A stretch of 64,000 nt of DNA from the NCBI RefSeq assembly GCF_006345805.1, contig NW_021835993.1, positions 124,001 to 188,000 of the forward strand, written 5' to 3'. Below, piece after piece: positions 10,629-22,990 of the stretch. Under the pieces are notes generated by a model. The model saw only the letters and a list, made by a program, of their open reading frames with translations. It searched no databases and was not told the origin of the DNA. Made by a program: the position numbers and the translations under genes. The first letter of the stretch is position 1, and every line of letters begins with the position of its first letter. The stretch comes from Octopus sinensis. Its lineage: Eukaryota.

Positions 10629-12610
10629 TTAATTTCCACTGAAATGTGTGGAAATGTCCCTGAAGCATCTGGAAATCTTGTGGAGAATATGAATTGCCGA
10701 GTCGAGAGATTCAATGTTTTTGGAGGCAATCATTTTGTTGACCAGTTGCCCAAACGCTCGAATTTCTAAAATAGGAAGGACTGGAGAACGAGAGGCGGCG
10801 ATGGACATATCCGTGGTTATCCCCGAGTCCTCCTGCTCAGTGTAATTGACGAACTCTCCAATGAGTGATAAACAGCAGTTTGCTCGCTGGTAGGCATATC
10901 CACAAGTCTTAATGACTGCGATGGGCGAGTCTCTTTTCTCGAACTGACGTGTCACCTCCTCCAACTGTGAGGCTGCGACTAAATCTGGGAGGCCAACCAC
11001 AGACGGACAGGAACTGGGCAAAGTCGAGAGCGTCGAGTCCCAGGGTAACTGAATAGCGGAATTGGTTTCGCCAGAGTTGTACTGCTTTGGTCATTTCCTC
11101 TGATTTGCCACAAGACAGGACATTCTCCATGAGGAGTTCCAACGAGCCAACCGACCGAATCAGTTTGAGGGCGACTGGGAGTGAGGACAGGTGGCCAACC
11201 GTCCTTCTTTGTGCTGGTGATGGCCAGGAAGTAGAGGGCGTTGAGGAGTTCTTTATTGAGAAGTCTGACGGAAGTGGATTGTGAGTCCCAGTCTTCTTCC
11301 TACCATCCAAACACACCACCACCGATTTCAACAACTGGTCGACTTGTTCCACTGGCTGGGGAATGCGGAAGACCAGGTCCACCATTTTGTGGCAGGTAAG
11401 GAGTGAGAGGTTGTCGCGGAGTGTGGAGAAGAGGGTGTAGAGGGTGTTGAGGGACTTGATGCTGGGGGTGAGGACGAGAGCCAACCTGATGAACTCGTCC
11501 TTGGCCTGGAGAGAGGAGTAGGTGGAGGACTTGACGACCTGCGTGATTGAATAATGGCACTTGTTGGCATGTGTGGAGAATAGTCAGTCTGAGTGTGTCA
11601 TCTGTGCACTGACTGGTCATGAAGATGGTGATGGGGACTGTCCGCTCGATTATTTCCCGTAGTTGGAGTGACTTGACCATGTAGGACGCCGACTCGTTCA
11701 TGGAGACAATCTCCCTCAACTGCAGTCAGCCACTCACCCCACCTTTTCGTGACACTGACTGAAGATGGCCGCATTCCGTGGACAGTAGTCGTTGTAGTAG
11801 TGCTTGTGCTTGTACGACAGGGCCAACTGTCGCAGATTCTTCTTCATTTTGGCCAATATCAAATCCACGTGACCCTGACATGTCGGACGAGTATTACTTG
11901 ACATGTGTCGTCGAAAGGGGATAGGGTTGTGTAGTTGGACACACTGTTCATCAGTTGGATGATTCCCGCCAGAATATTTGATATTTTGGCAGACTGGTTG
12001 ATTGAGAGGAGTTCCTTCTGTCGAGTCTCGGCATCCCGAATGACCTGCATGATCATTCCCTTGAATTCCTAGACGTCGCCCAAGTCCCTTGCCTCGAAGG
12101 ACGCCCTGCAGAACTTGCCCCCCAACAGACTCCGCTGAATGAGTGCCGAACTGTGAGCACAGCGCAGTGCAAACACTCTGCACTTCTTGTCGTCCATAAG
12201 CAGGAGGATCTACCAATCACAACACCCCCAACGTGTGATATCGATATTACAATCTTCTTGTTTATCTCAAACAGTCTTCCAATGTCCAACTCCGACGTGT
12301 TCGTGGACAGTCCCTCCAACAGGGAGTCCAATATTCGGCATGCCTTCGACGTCTCCTCTGCCAGAATCTGCGAATGACCCATATGGACGACCGGGTCTGC
12401 TTTCGAGGTGTCGACAAGTGCGATTTCGGTTATTTTTTTAGCCGACTGGATGATGGAGTAGAAAGCCGATGCCTCTGTGCCTGCTTTTCCGCTTTTGCTG
12501 TCAAAAGTCTTGATCCAGAATTCGCACATCTGGAATGTTGGATTAAATACTTTCATATAAATTGGGTCGACAATTTTTTGGAGGGTCTTCAGTTCGTAGC
12601 CGCAGTCCAT
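10629..12610 (-). CDS. Vinculin/alpha-catenin family protein, copy 1
   Basis: ELKTLQKIVDPI, SKACRILDSLL, ISHILLLMDDKKCR, DAETRQKEL and IIQLMNSVSNY resemble the vinculin head (D1) helices; multiple ~23-nt introns. Confidence 0.65.
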
Positions 12611-12789
12611 TGCTCTACATTGGAGTAGTCAGGGGAGGAGGGCAGCCAGTAAAATAATATATTTGCAGCATTTAAACATACCCGATTACCAAGTTCTGAG
12701 TTTAAATAAATGTATTTCATTTTGGGCCATATAAATAATTAACTAACAAATTAAATAAATATAAATTAACAAATAAATGTTCCATAATC

Positions 12790-13240
12790 CTTGTTTATAG
12801 CAGCTCGTGTGTGTTAGCTCAAAGTAAATAGGATCAGAGCAAAGGAGACCTGAATGTAGAGAGAATTCAACTTTGGAGTAGTTTGTCTATTCTCAACCAT
12901 CGTCATGGATACAGAAAATCGAATTTGACAAGGTGGCGAGTGCACTACTATTCAGAGAGAGAACAATGGCGAGTATTTGCTCGTCCAACAGCCTTAAATA
13001 GTCCCCCACTTATTCGATTGATTGGGAGAGGAGTGTTCTAAATAGTGGGTTTCATTTATATAAAGTAGGGCATGTATGCGGAAAGTTGCGGGGTGGAGTT
13101 GGCCTGTTCTGTTCTCGCATAGATCATTGGCATATTCGTGAATAATCAGCTAATTGGGCTCGTCAACAGAAACCCCTCAACAGCCACCACAAGACCAGTC
13201 CTCCGGCAATCTGAGGACCAACTAAATCAAGGAAACTAGC
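12790..13240 (+). CDS. Possible small multi-exon gene, unidentified (also in copies 2 and 3)
   Basis: Higher-GC island between AT-rich spacers with several GT...AG segments of intron size; no unambiguous reading frame could be reconstructed. Confidence 0.25.
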
Positions 13241-13310
13241 CAATCCCCCTAATGGTACCCCAAAGTAGTACTCGATATGCTTAACATCTCGGATTATATA
13301 TTAGAATTTG

Positions 13311-13938
13311 TTATTTTCTTAAAGATTTAATAAAATTGGAGATTTTCTTTTCGCCCATTTTTATGTCGTTGGCGACAGTGCCCAGCACGCCGGCCTATGA
13401 ATGCAGCAGACGACCAACCTCCGACTTTTCTGCCCTGTCGTTGTCGGCGATCCTTTTGAGGATTTCAGTTTTGGATATCTCGAGGACGAGTCCGCCCATT
13501 ACAATTTCGTTGAGAACTTGATGGACCTGCCAGTGAGACACAAGCGAGGACAGTATCGACGTGGAAGACCAAGTCGAGTTCACACACATTGGTGAAGAGG
13601 GCGTCCAGAATTTCGACAAACACTTGAATTAGGTCGATTATGGCGAGAGGGCTTTCGAGTGAGTCAATGTAGAACACAAAGTGGAGAGTGGCATATGTCC
13701 TGTACACCAGAATGCCGTCCTTGCCGCACAGTCTGGCAATGAGAGAGCACTTACTTTCCCCCCTCCACGAACGAGCAGTCCTCGGGAGTCCGGCCAGTGA
13801 TGAGTATGTACGTGTCCTCTACTAACTCCCGCTGTTCTCGCTCAGACTGGCTAATCAGTGCATGTTTACGTAGTGCTCGTAGAATTTGGTCAGACGAGGT
13901 TTCCCACTTCGGTTGAACACGAGAACTGCCTTAATCAT
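13311..13938 (-). CDS. AP3S1: AP-3 complex subunit sigma, copy 1
   Basis: MIKAVLVFNRSGKPRLTKFY, YRTYATLHFVF, VFVEILDALFTNVCELDLVFHVD, VHQVLNEIVMGGLVLE, EKSEAG. Confidence 0.93.
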
Positions 13939-14026
13939 TCGACTAATTAATTCTATTTTATTCAAACAGTCCTTTAATACATTGTTCAAAAATACACTAC
14001 AATCCAATATAAAGACATTAGCGGTT

Positions 14027-15969
14027 ATGAGTGAACATGTCGGCTTTTGGGTGAATTTCACGAAATACAACATCCACTTGGTCAGACTGATTGCCGAAGG
14101 TAGCCGCCGTATTTCAGTCCAGGCGCATTCGGACTAATCTACTTGGGAGTGGACGTCCGAACCAAGTCGAAATATGTGGTCAAGAAACTGGTCAAGGGCG
14201 ATAAAATGCGAGTCGAAAATGAAATCAGAATTCAAGTAGTCGTGGTAGAATAACACCTGAGAGTCTGTTCAACAAGTGCGACAACATTGTCCATCTCATC
14301 ACGTGGAATCAAATCCACATCCTCGGGGAAACTCACTTTAATTTGCTGATGGATTTTTGCCAGGGTCTCACTTTGTTGGCATTGAAGGCGGCTCCCTCCA
14401 CGACTACTTTGCCAAGCCCAGAAAACTCAGCCACCTCGAAATTTACTACATTTTCATCTCCGTTCTGAAAGCCCTGGAGAAACTCCACTGCATGGACCCG
14501 CCGATCATACACCGAGACCTCAAGGTGACTGACCCTTTATAAGACAGCTCGAAAACATTATGGTCGCGAACGGACGTGTCAAACTGGGAGACTTTGGCAG
14601 TGCAACCACCAATGTTTACAGACCCTCTGCAAACTGGACAGAAGAGGAACTAAAGGGACTCGAGAGAGAAGTAGAAACAGCCTATAAGTCTAGATCAAGT
14701 GCTGCACCACTCCCTGCTATCGGTCCCCAGAAATGGTGGACGTCCGACTATTCCTGGAATTGGGACTGGGACAGGACATTTGGGTATTCGCTCGGCCAAA
14801 CTCAGGCTCTTGGATGTCTCCTGTACTTCCTGTGCTTTTCCTCGCTCCCCTTTGACATTTATTCCGCTCGACGAATCCTCAACTTGGAATACGACTTGCC
14901 TCCCTCCAGACACCCGACATGTCTCACATTACTCATAAGTTCTCATGTGCTCGCTCACCCTAGAACACATTTTTGTCCTCAAACCCCAACAAAGGCCCAC
15001 CGTGACTGATATCCTGACAAAACTAGTCGCGTCGGCCAACGCTTTCAAATTCAATCTTTGGAAGCCCCCTTCCTCTCTTTTCAGTGGGGTCTCGCGGAAT
15101 TCCGATCTGATCTCCAAAATGGTTGACGACAAGCCGTCTCATCGGTGCGGCCACATTGCCCTGACGTCGAGAGTGCACGGTTATGCTGACATGCTCAATT
15201 GCAGCATATTTTACTTGGAGCAAAATAGGGGACAAACATCTGTCGAACATACTCACGTCGTGCATTAGTCAAGGAATACTTAACCCCTGCATTTCCGACC
15301 TGTGCATTATCAACATGACAGGACACACACTCGACACACCTCTCAGGATAAAGGTCCACTCACCCTACACACATTTTAGATCGTTCAAGTTCTCTTCAAA
15401 TCACATCAATTCCACTCGATCGAGTTGGTGTTGAAACACTTGTCGGTGGTGCTCGAAGTGCTTTCTTCTGGGAAGACGACACTGTTTATATCGAAGGTGG
15501 TGCCTGCTCATATAGACTAGCCCGACGACTCCACCATCCACTTCTTCTTTGTGCTGATTCTGCTTTCTTCAAAGATTTTCACAGATTTGAAGGAATGTGA
15601 AAAATACCTGAATTCTAATAATTTCCAATCTCTTTTGTCACCTGCCGAAAAAGAGTATCCTACCTAAACATCCCCAGACAAATAACTGCACTGACCAACC
15701 AAGTCCTATATGTCAATAATTTGTCGAGCAAGTCCCTTTTTATTTGTCCGTTGGACGTTGCCTGTCTGGAAGAATTGAGGGACTTGGAGCACCGGCACGG
15801 TAATCAGCTTTCTCGTATTCAGATGTGTCGTCGAATGTTCGGGATCTGATTGGGAAGAGAACAAACAACATTGGTGATACAACACAGAATGGACCTGATG
15901 ACAAAACATTCGATGATTTCCCAATTTGTAGAAATTATTTGTATATTTTTAGTTAACACTGATTTCTGA
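14027..15969 (+). CDS. GAK: NAK-family Ser/Thr kinase, GAK-like (kinase plus degenerate PTEN-like region), copy 1
   Basis: LIAEGAFGLIY, YVVKKL, PPIIHRDLK-LEN, VKLGDFGSATT, TTPCYRSPEM, QDIWALGCLLYFLCF; the downstream segment resembles the GAK/auxilin PTEN-like domain. Confidence 0.75.
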
Positions 15970-16051
15970 ACAGTGTTCTTTTGATGTTTATTTAGTAGTT
16001 CTAATTACAGAAAAGACTTTTACAGATTAGATTCGACTCACTGTCCAAACA

Positions 16052-16255
16052 TGTAAACCGACTTCAAAGTCACGCCTTCTGTCAAACGGGGTTCCGGAAG
16101 GTTCCTCTCTCTCGCTCACCCTGTTTAATTTTTTCATCGCTGATCTGCCTGTACCAGATAATAAAAACAACATTCTGATTTCCTGCGCCGACGAAATTGT
16201 CATTGCTTTAAAGACTGGTACATCCTGGCTGCTTCATCAACGCTACATTAAATAA
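16052..16255 (+). mobile_element. Degenerate non-LTR (LINE) reverse-transcriptase fragment; copies near 28416, 31616, 34815 and 58191
   Basis: Translates SNGVPEGSSLSLTLFNFFIADLP...ISCADEIVI, a decayed GVPQGSxLSPxLF...YADD. Confidence 0.8.
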
Positions 16256-16266
16256 CTGGACCACTG

Positions 16267-16860
16267 CTAACCGCCTATTAAAATGTCTAAAAAATCGGAG
16301 ATCTCCCTCTTCATCTCGGATAAAAGAGTTCGGAAGAAATCATTGCATCTTACACTGGATAACAATAAAATTCTTTTTGCAGTGGATGGATCCGAAAGGT
16401 TATGTTTGATACTCACACATGCTTTTTTCATTTCGTTTCTAGTAAAGACCATCATCTCTGAAAATACTTGTAGTTTCGAGAATTCACATAATTGATCCAT
16501 TTGTCTGATGAGAAGGATAAATGTAGCATTTCTGGACCTCAACACAGTGCATTACTTCTACGAAGTAACATAAGTGAATTAACAACTGAATTTCAGACGA
16601 GGAGTAGCCAATGTCCAGAAACTATCAATCTGAAATCATTGGAAAACTATTTTGGTTGGTTAGAAAGTAACTAAATCGGTGTTTATAAGGAATTTCCATC
16701 GTCTGAAGTGAATAAGGAACTGGCCGACACTTTTGTGGAGTTAGTTTTGAAATCTGCCAGAGTTCTCAGAAGTCATCGAAGAAAGACGGAGATTGTGGGG
16801 ACAAATGAAGCAAAAGTGTCAAAAAGGATTTGTAGTTTGACTTTTCCGTATTTGAGTGAA
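16267..16860 (-). pseudogene. Coding-like, unidentified minus-strand exons (five copies in the window), probably the 3' part of a gene hit by the RTE insertion
   Basis: 92-aa ORF 16267..16545 plus an open stretch that continues across the RTE target-site duplication; no clean splice path found. Confidence 0.3.
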
Positions 16861-17107
16861 TATAGTCGAATTACGACAAAAAAATAGTCGAATTACAAAT
16901 TTCTTCTTGTTGCCTTGCAAATTCTTCTGACAAATCCTTCACGGATCCTTCCAAAGCTCACAGCAAAAGAGTGGACTCACTGGAATTATGGTGCTGGCGC
17001 AAACTTTTGAACATAAATCGGTACGACAAAGTGTCAAATGTCGTTGTTCTCGAAAGGATTAAACCTACACTGTCGCTTGTGGCGAAAGTTTGGAAGAAAC
17101 AATTATC
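16861..17107 (+). mobile_element. RTE-clade LINE 3' remnant, cut by the 12.4-kb duplication junction
   Basis: KRVDSLELWCWRKLLNINRYDKVSNVVVLER...KKQLS matches the RTE ORF2 C-terminal motif; the sequence switches to ARL3 at 17107. Confidence 0.85.
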
Positions 17108-17598
17108 TCTGGTGGGTGGTCGCAGTCTGATTGCAGGGGTTCAACATCAAGCACGTGAAACAGAAAGGACTCAACATGACGGTGTGGGACATTGGGGGAC
17201 AGAGGAAGATTCGGCCGTATTGGCGAAACTATTTGGAGAACACGGATGTGATGGTGCAGTTGGGGGGTCATTGTAGATATACGTCATCGACAGCACTGAC
17301 CGGAAGAGACTGGAGGAGAGTGGTTATGTAAGTCCCCCACTGATTCCAGGAGTTGTTCGAAATCCTGGACGAGCAGATGCTGAGGAATGTGCCTGTGCTG
17401 GTGTTCTGCAATAAACAGGATCTGGTGACTGCGTGCCAGACTGACGAGATTGTGAGGTCGCTCAGTCTGTGCAACCTGAAAGGGCATGCCTGGCAAGTCC
17501 AGCCTTGTTCTGCCAAAGCAAACGAGGGTTTAAAGGTAGTCCCCGATTAGTGTCTGTAGGAGGGGTTTGACTGGATTCTCCAGGTCATGAAGAGGTGA
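17107..17598 (+). pseudogene. ARL3: 5'-truncated ARL3 copy lacking the start codon and P-loop
   Basis: Begins at the last codon of exon 2; the remainder matches 4735-5226. Confidence 0.92.
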
Positions 17599-17695
17599 CT
17601 CAAATAAATATTCTACTTATTTTTTAATTAACAGCCGTGACTACTGGTGGCCATTCTAAGACAAACTCATCTGTTTAAGCCATAAATAAATCCAA

Positions 17696-19569
17696 TTAGG
17701 CAACCTTAACTTGGGTATCAGTATAAGCCACTGCCTCAAACACCCACTTTTGTGAACCGTCCCCCGAACAGTCCGACAATTTGACCTCGAATTCCCCATC
17801 CTTGGCAAGACATCGAACTTTGGTCCCTTCAACATATTTCAGCAAGTGAGTCCCCTTGGAATAGAACAGGAGCGACAGACTGAGTCATAACTCCACGGCC
17901 CTTCCCCGAAGTAGTGATAGTCCAGTCGCATGACGGCGTCGTCCTGGGAGTACAGTCCCCTCTCCGACACCCCAATGTGTCCTCTCGAGTCCAGTCGGAA
18001 ATACTACCACCTCCCTCAGCCAGTCAACCATGTTCATGCAGGGCAGTTCAGGACAGCGGGCGAGACTAGCACGACTGTTGACATCCTCATTGCCCGAAGT
18101 GAGACACAATGTCGAGTCCACCAACCGAATCTGAGGAGTCAGACTAAGTGCACACATTTCCGAAATGGATGTTCTCATGAGGGTACGGATAGCTGTCCAG
18201 TAAGAAAGGGGCCACGTCTTTCATAAACCAGGAGAAGGATTTGCACTGCAGTCGATTCTTCAATGCAATCTGGTCCCTCACATCCACACTGAACCCATCC
18301 AATTCGGGATGTCGTCGATAAAAGTATTTCCTGTGCTCCTCATCAAACCAGGTGTCGACCACACGTTTGTGATTCTGTGTGTTCTATAAAGTTCTCGAAT
18401 ACTCCACCAGGTCAGACAAAGGGACTTGAGAAGTGTATTTGCTACTCGCCGTGGATCGTCCAGGACCGCGGTAAACGTGACCAATGCGGGAACAGGGAAC
18501 CCACAACACAGCCCCATGACACATCCACACTTTGAAGGACAGTTCGTATTGCTCTCCTCCCCAGACAAGCAGTCCCTGGTCATAGTACCCCAATTCTTTA
18601 AAGAAGTGTCGATCAATTGCCAACAACCCCCCTGCATGGGTGGGAGAATGGTATGGCTCGCTTGACAGTTTTCCTTTCTGGAGGGGCAGATTGGCCTCCT
18701 TGTAGAAGAATCCCCACTCAAATATGCCCACGGGATTGTCACGGGAGGAGTAGACAGAAGAATACTCGAACGTGGCCCAGTCAATCCCATCGATGACAGG
18801 CACAGCAATCGCCCGACTGAATGTCATTCTCGATTATACCTGTTCTCCTTTATTACCGAAAGAAGAGGTGGCAGCCAGTTTGTGTTGACTTCGCAGTGAG
18901 CATCCAGGAAGATGACGACTTCCCCCAAGGCAGCCTTCGCTCCCCTCGTCCTCGCTGCGATTAGTCCCTCATTCTCCTTGTTTCGAATCATCCGCACGAG
19001 TCCTCCATACTCCAACACCTTCAGTTGGAAACTAGTCACCAAAGCCTCTAAATAATCGAATTATGCACACGACCGTCGGATGTTCCGTCGTCCACCAAAA
19101 TGACTTCTTTCAGCAAATTGGGAGGGCTTCTGTCGATGATGGAAGTCACTGTTCTGAACACCACAGAGAGCGACTCGTAATAAAACACCAGAATGACTGA
19201 AGCTGTGGGCAACTCTTCCGGGTAGTCCCAGAATTTGCATCTGTGAATGAATATACATTCGTACTCCTCATTCCGCGTGTCCAATATTGTTCTGTTTAGA
19301 GCAATCATTCTACTTATCTCGTCCTTGTAGCCAAATGGATAGGAGGGGGCCTCCGGGTTCGTCTTAACCCCTCTCCCATTCTCCCCCGGGCCACTTTGAA
19401 ATGCAATTTCCTGCGGTTCGTAGTTGCCATACACACCATGGTGGTAGGCTGGTGATAGGACTGGGTGGGTCGAGTGTCTGAGAAGTGTCAGACAAAAGAC
19501 GGCCACAACTGATAGTATCACGATTGATATCTTTTTTCGGAAGCTCAGGAAACCAAACACACGAAACAT
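17696..19569 (-). CDS. GALNT: Polypeptide N-acetylgalactosaminyltransferase, copy 2 (frame intact through the DxH motif)
   Basis: ORF 18824..19042 reads [18 protein letters not shown]; other motifs as in copy 1. Confidence 0.92.
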
Positions 19570-20337
19570 TGATAACAAATTTAAATACTTGTCCAACTAA
19601 ATAAATTAATAAATCAAAATACTCTCAACGTAGATGACTCAATCAGAACGTAAGAATTGTAATATGATAGAAAGTATGTGGATTGAATAGAACGTGGGTT
19701 GATTGACAGATATCCGTGTCAGCAGAGTGGAGTCGATAAAAAGACTTTAACGGAGGAGGTGGACAATAAACTGACTCTAAGAAGTGGACAGGAAGATTCA
19801 ATTGGATGTCTTTGTTAGCCCTTGTGATGAAGGAATACCTGCAAGAGTAGACCGCTCTTTACGTTTCTCCTTTTATAATTTTTAATTTTACAAACCAGGT
19901 TCTCAACCATTTTTGGCTCAAGGGCCAAATCGATCATTTTTTCAAAAATAACGACTTGAGGATCAGTGGAGAATTGAGACCAAGACGCCTGGAAGAGAAT
20001 CGATACTTAAGAGTACAAAAATATTTTATTAATTCGTGTACGAATATCAAGAATCCGATCAGGCCAACATCCCCTCCTCACTCCCAGATGACCTCTTTCC
20101 ATTCCCTAAGCAATCTCAGTCGTCTCATCGCACTTCGTGACCTTTACTTGCTGTTGATTTTTTTAAATAGGAAAACCGGGGATCAACTAACTAACTAAAC
20201 GTTCCCCAATAAGGACAATGACATGAATTGGTGAAACAAGATCAATTATGGGGCTAATCAAAGGATATAAACTACATGTTTAACAATCGCAATATAATCC
20301 ACTGCTATTTGTGAATTTACTTATAACACGAAGCATA

Positions 20338-21318
20338 TTAGACAAGCATATCAGCAAAAAAGTCATCAAACTCCTCCTCCCTAAACGTGGACAGACACCC
20401 CAACCTCGTCTTGTCGTCCGTCAGTACGAGTGGGCCACGCCAAATGGAGTTGTCCTCCTCGGGCTCACGTTCCTCGACTGCCTTCACTTGTTCTGGCTCA
20501 CTGGCGGGTTCCTCCTTGACTTGTGGTCTGATGACTTGTCGGTGCTTTCGGTGGTAGTTCAACAACTCCGAACAGTCGACGCACAGTCCTGTGGACATTA
20601 CCCAACATGTCACTCAGTTTGATCAATGCCTGCTTCTGAACGGCCTCCTCCGTGTAGACAAAGTTGACTTCCCAACTGCGAAGTCCATCCTGGCGAGTAC
20701 ATCGAAGTGACCCGCATATGAACTGTCCTTGAAGTACAAGAGGGGAGGATACCCTTCCCGTCGATGACCTCCGCCTCCGTCCTCCACCTCATCCCGATCT
20801 ACCGTCACCCACCCCTCTCACTTGTTGTGCTTGTAGTGCTTCAGGTTGGCCAGACAGTACTCGTGGTATAACTTGTCGTAGTACTTCTTGGCTAGTTTCT
20901 TTCCCCTGGGAGTATAAACAGACAACCAACCAAGTATCCACTGCCTCGTCCTCGTCCCACAAAAACTTGTGATTTTCCTTAATTGTGTCCAAATCCGACT
21001 TGAAGGCCCCCACTCTACACGTCAGGCCAATTCCTACTCCTTTCGCTGATAGGGGCCCAGTGTCCCTCCGTGGTAACGAAAGTAGTCATTCACGAGTTGT
21101 TTGTGTCGGGAATACTGGGAATGATGGTGAGGCATTACAGCATCCATGCTCATGTATTTCGCACGAATCCCCTTCGCAGGTCTGAGTTGGTCATCGACGA
21201 GATACCTTTCTAAGTCGACGGTTTGCGTCCGCCGTTTTCTTCCAAAGTCGTCCACCAAGTCTGCCTTTCGTCTAATTGTGTATTTTATTTGCTACTTTGA
21301 TTTATTCGTTGAATCCAT
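20338..21318 (-). CDS. FRA10AC1: FRA10AC1, copy 2 (1-nt deletion at the exon/donor boundary near 20821)
   Basis: Same exons as copy 1; reads tctcacttg where copy 1 has tctcaccttg. Confidence 0.85.
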
Positions 21319-22990
21319 TTCCTTTAAAGTTGAATTAAACTGGCATGCTACCCAACAAAACACTTTTTAAATATTAATTATTATATTTTTAATACTCCTC
21401 TCATTTATTAGAATTACAAATATTGTTATTTATAAAGAATGAAAAAACAAACGATCTTCTGAGGGAACTATCGGGGAACAGAGGGAATTAGAAGGGATTG
21501 ATAAAAAATATTCGGGAAGGGTGGCACATGTGAGGTAACTTTACTAACGTTGTTTTGCGGTGTGTTTATTAATAATAGTGTCGGAGAGGCCGACGAATAC
21601 CTCAAAAGTCGATAAAGTCAACTCAAAAATAAGTAATTATTTTTTCATAAAAATATTAGAAATACAATTTCAAAGTTTTTTAGGTCAACTTTGTCAATTT
21701 TTGTGTCATTTTTTAATTTTCCGTCTTAATATTTTTAAAAAATATAAATATCAAATTTTGAGCCGCACCGACTTATTTAATTGTTGTTATGTTTTCTAAG
21801 TCGAAAAAATGGTACTTTTTGTAATAAATAATGAAAAATAATTAAAATCTATTGTTTATACGTCAAGATTTATACATTGACTAAAATTGTAGATTACCCT
21901 AAATCCTACTGAAGCATTTGTATCAGCAAATATTTCCTTGTATGAACTAAGGAATACTGGGTTAATCAATTTTTTCAATACTCAGAATTCAAATGTCGAA
22001 ATAATGTCAAAATTTTGGTAGAACGACGTGTCGATGAGATAATCAGCTTGTTAATTAACGAAAAGATGTTCTTATTTGTGAATATATTCTTACTGGGAAA
22101 ATAACGGATACTCAAATCAACTAAACCTTATCCCCTAAAACGGAAACCATATTGATTCGGAGAGCAATGAAATCAATTAAAAATAAAGGACTTTTTAATG
22201 ATTTAAAGGAGATATGGAATAAATATTCCCCACTCGTTGATGTTCTTAGTGAAATTGACTCGATTTAAAAGAAGATACATGTAAAATAAATGAATATAAC
22301 GAGAAGAGATTGAGCTCGAATGAAATTCTAAAAATTGTCAACGGAGATGGAATTTTTTAGCCTTTGGAAAAGTTTAAACTACTCCAGTGTCAGGCTACTG
22401 GGTGTTCGGTGGAGCCCTTGTTTTAAGTTTTTCATACAATTTTGGCCAAAGACCTAAATTTTAAAACTGAAAAAGTCAAATATTATATGATTGTATATAA
22501 TTGTTGTTTCTAGAAAAAATTATTGCTTAAAATTTATCTGTAAAACTTCTTTTTATGATCAAACTGAGTGACATCCTGGGTAATGTCCCAGGACTGTGCG
22601 TCGACTGTTCGGAGTTGTTGAACTACCACCGAAAGTCAAGGAGGAACCCGCCAGTGAGCCAGACCAGGTGAAGGCCGCCGAGGAACATTTTGGTCAACTT
22701 TTCTCTTTTTGAATCAATTTTGTTGACTTAATGGAGGTCAATTTTTGCTTTTCAGGACAACTTTGTGGTTGCCCGCCCTACTTATAAAATTTGAGCTAAA
22801 ATGTTGTGTGATTCATTACCAAGTCAAATAAACAGATGAACCAACCTAACCTAAGACAGAGGGACGGTTTTCCCGTGTGGTTGTGACCAAGAGTGATAGC
22901 GAGGGTTATCAACTGGACTGATATATCAACCACTTTTTGATAGCCCGGGGGTGACGCCATTAGTAAAATTAAAGTCCAATTAGTAATAGT

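Larger units (their letters stand above)
4735..17106. repeat. Segmental unit B-C-D, copy 1 of a ~12.37-kb tandem duplication
   Basis: Near-identical to 17107-29471 at an offset of about 12358-12372; the ORF track repeats. Confidence 0.97.
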
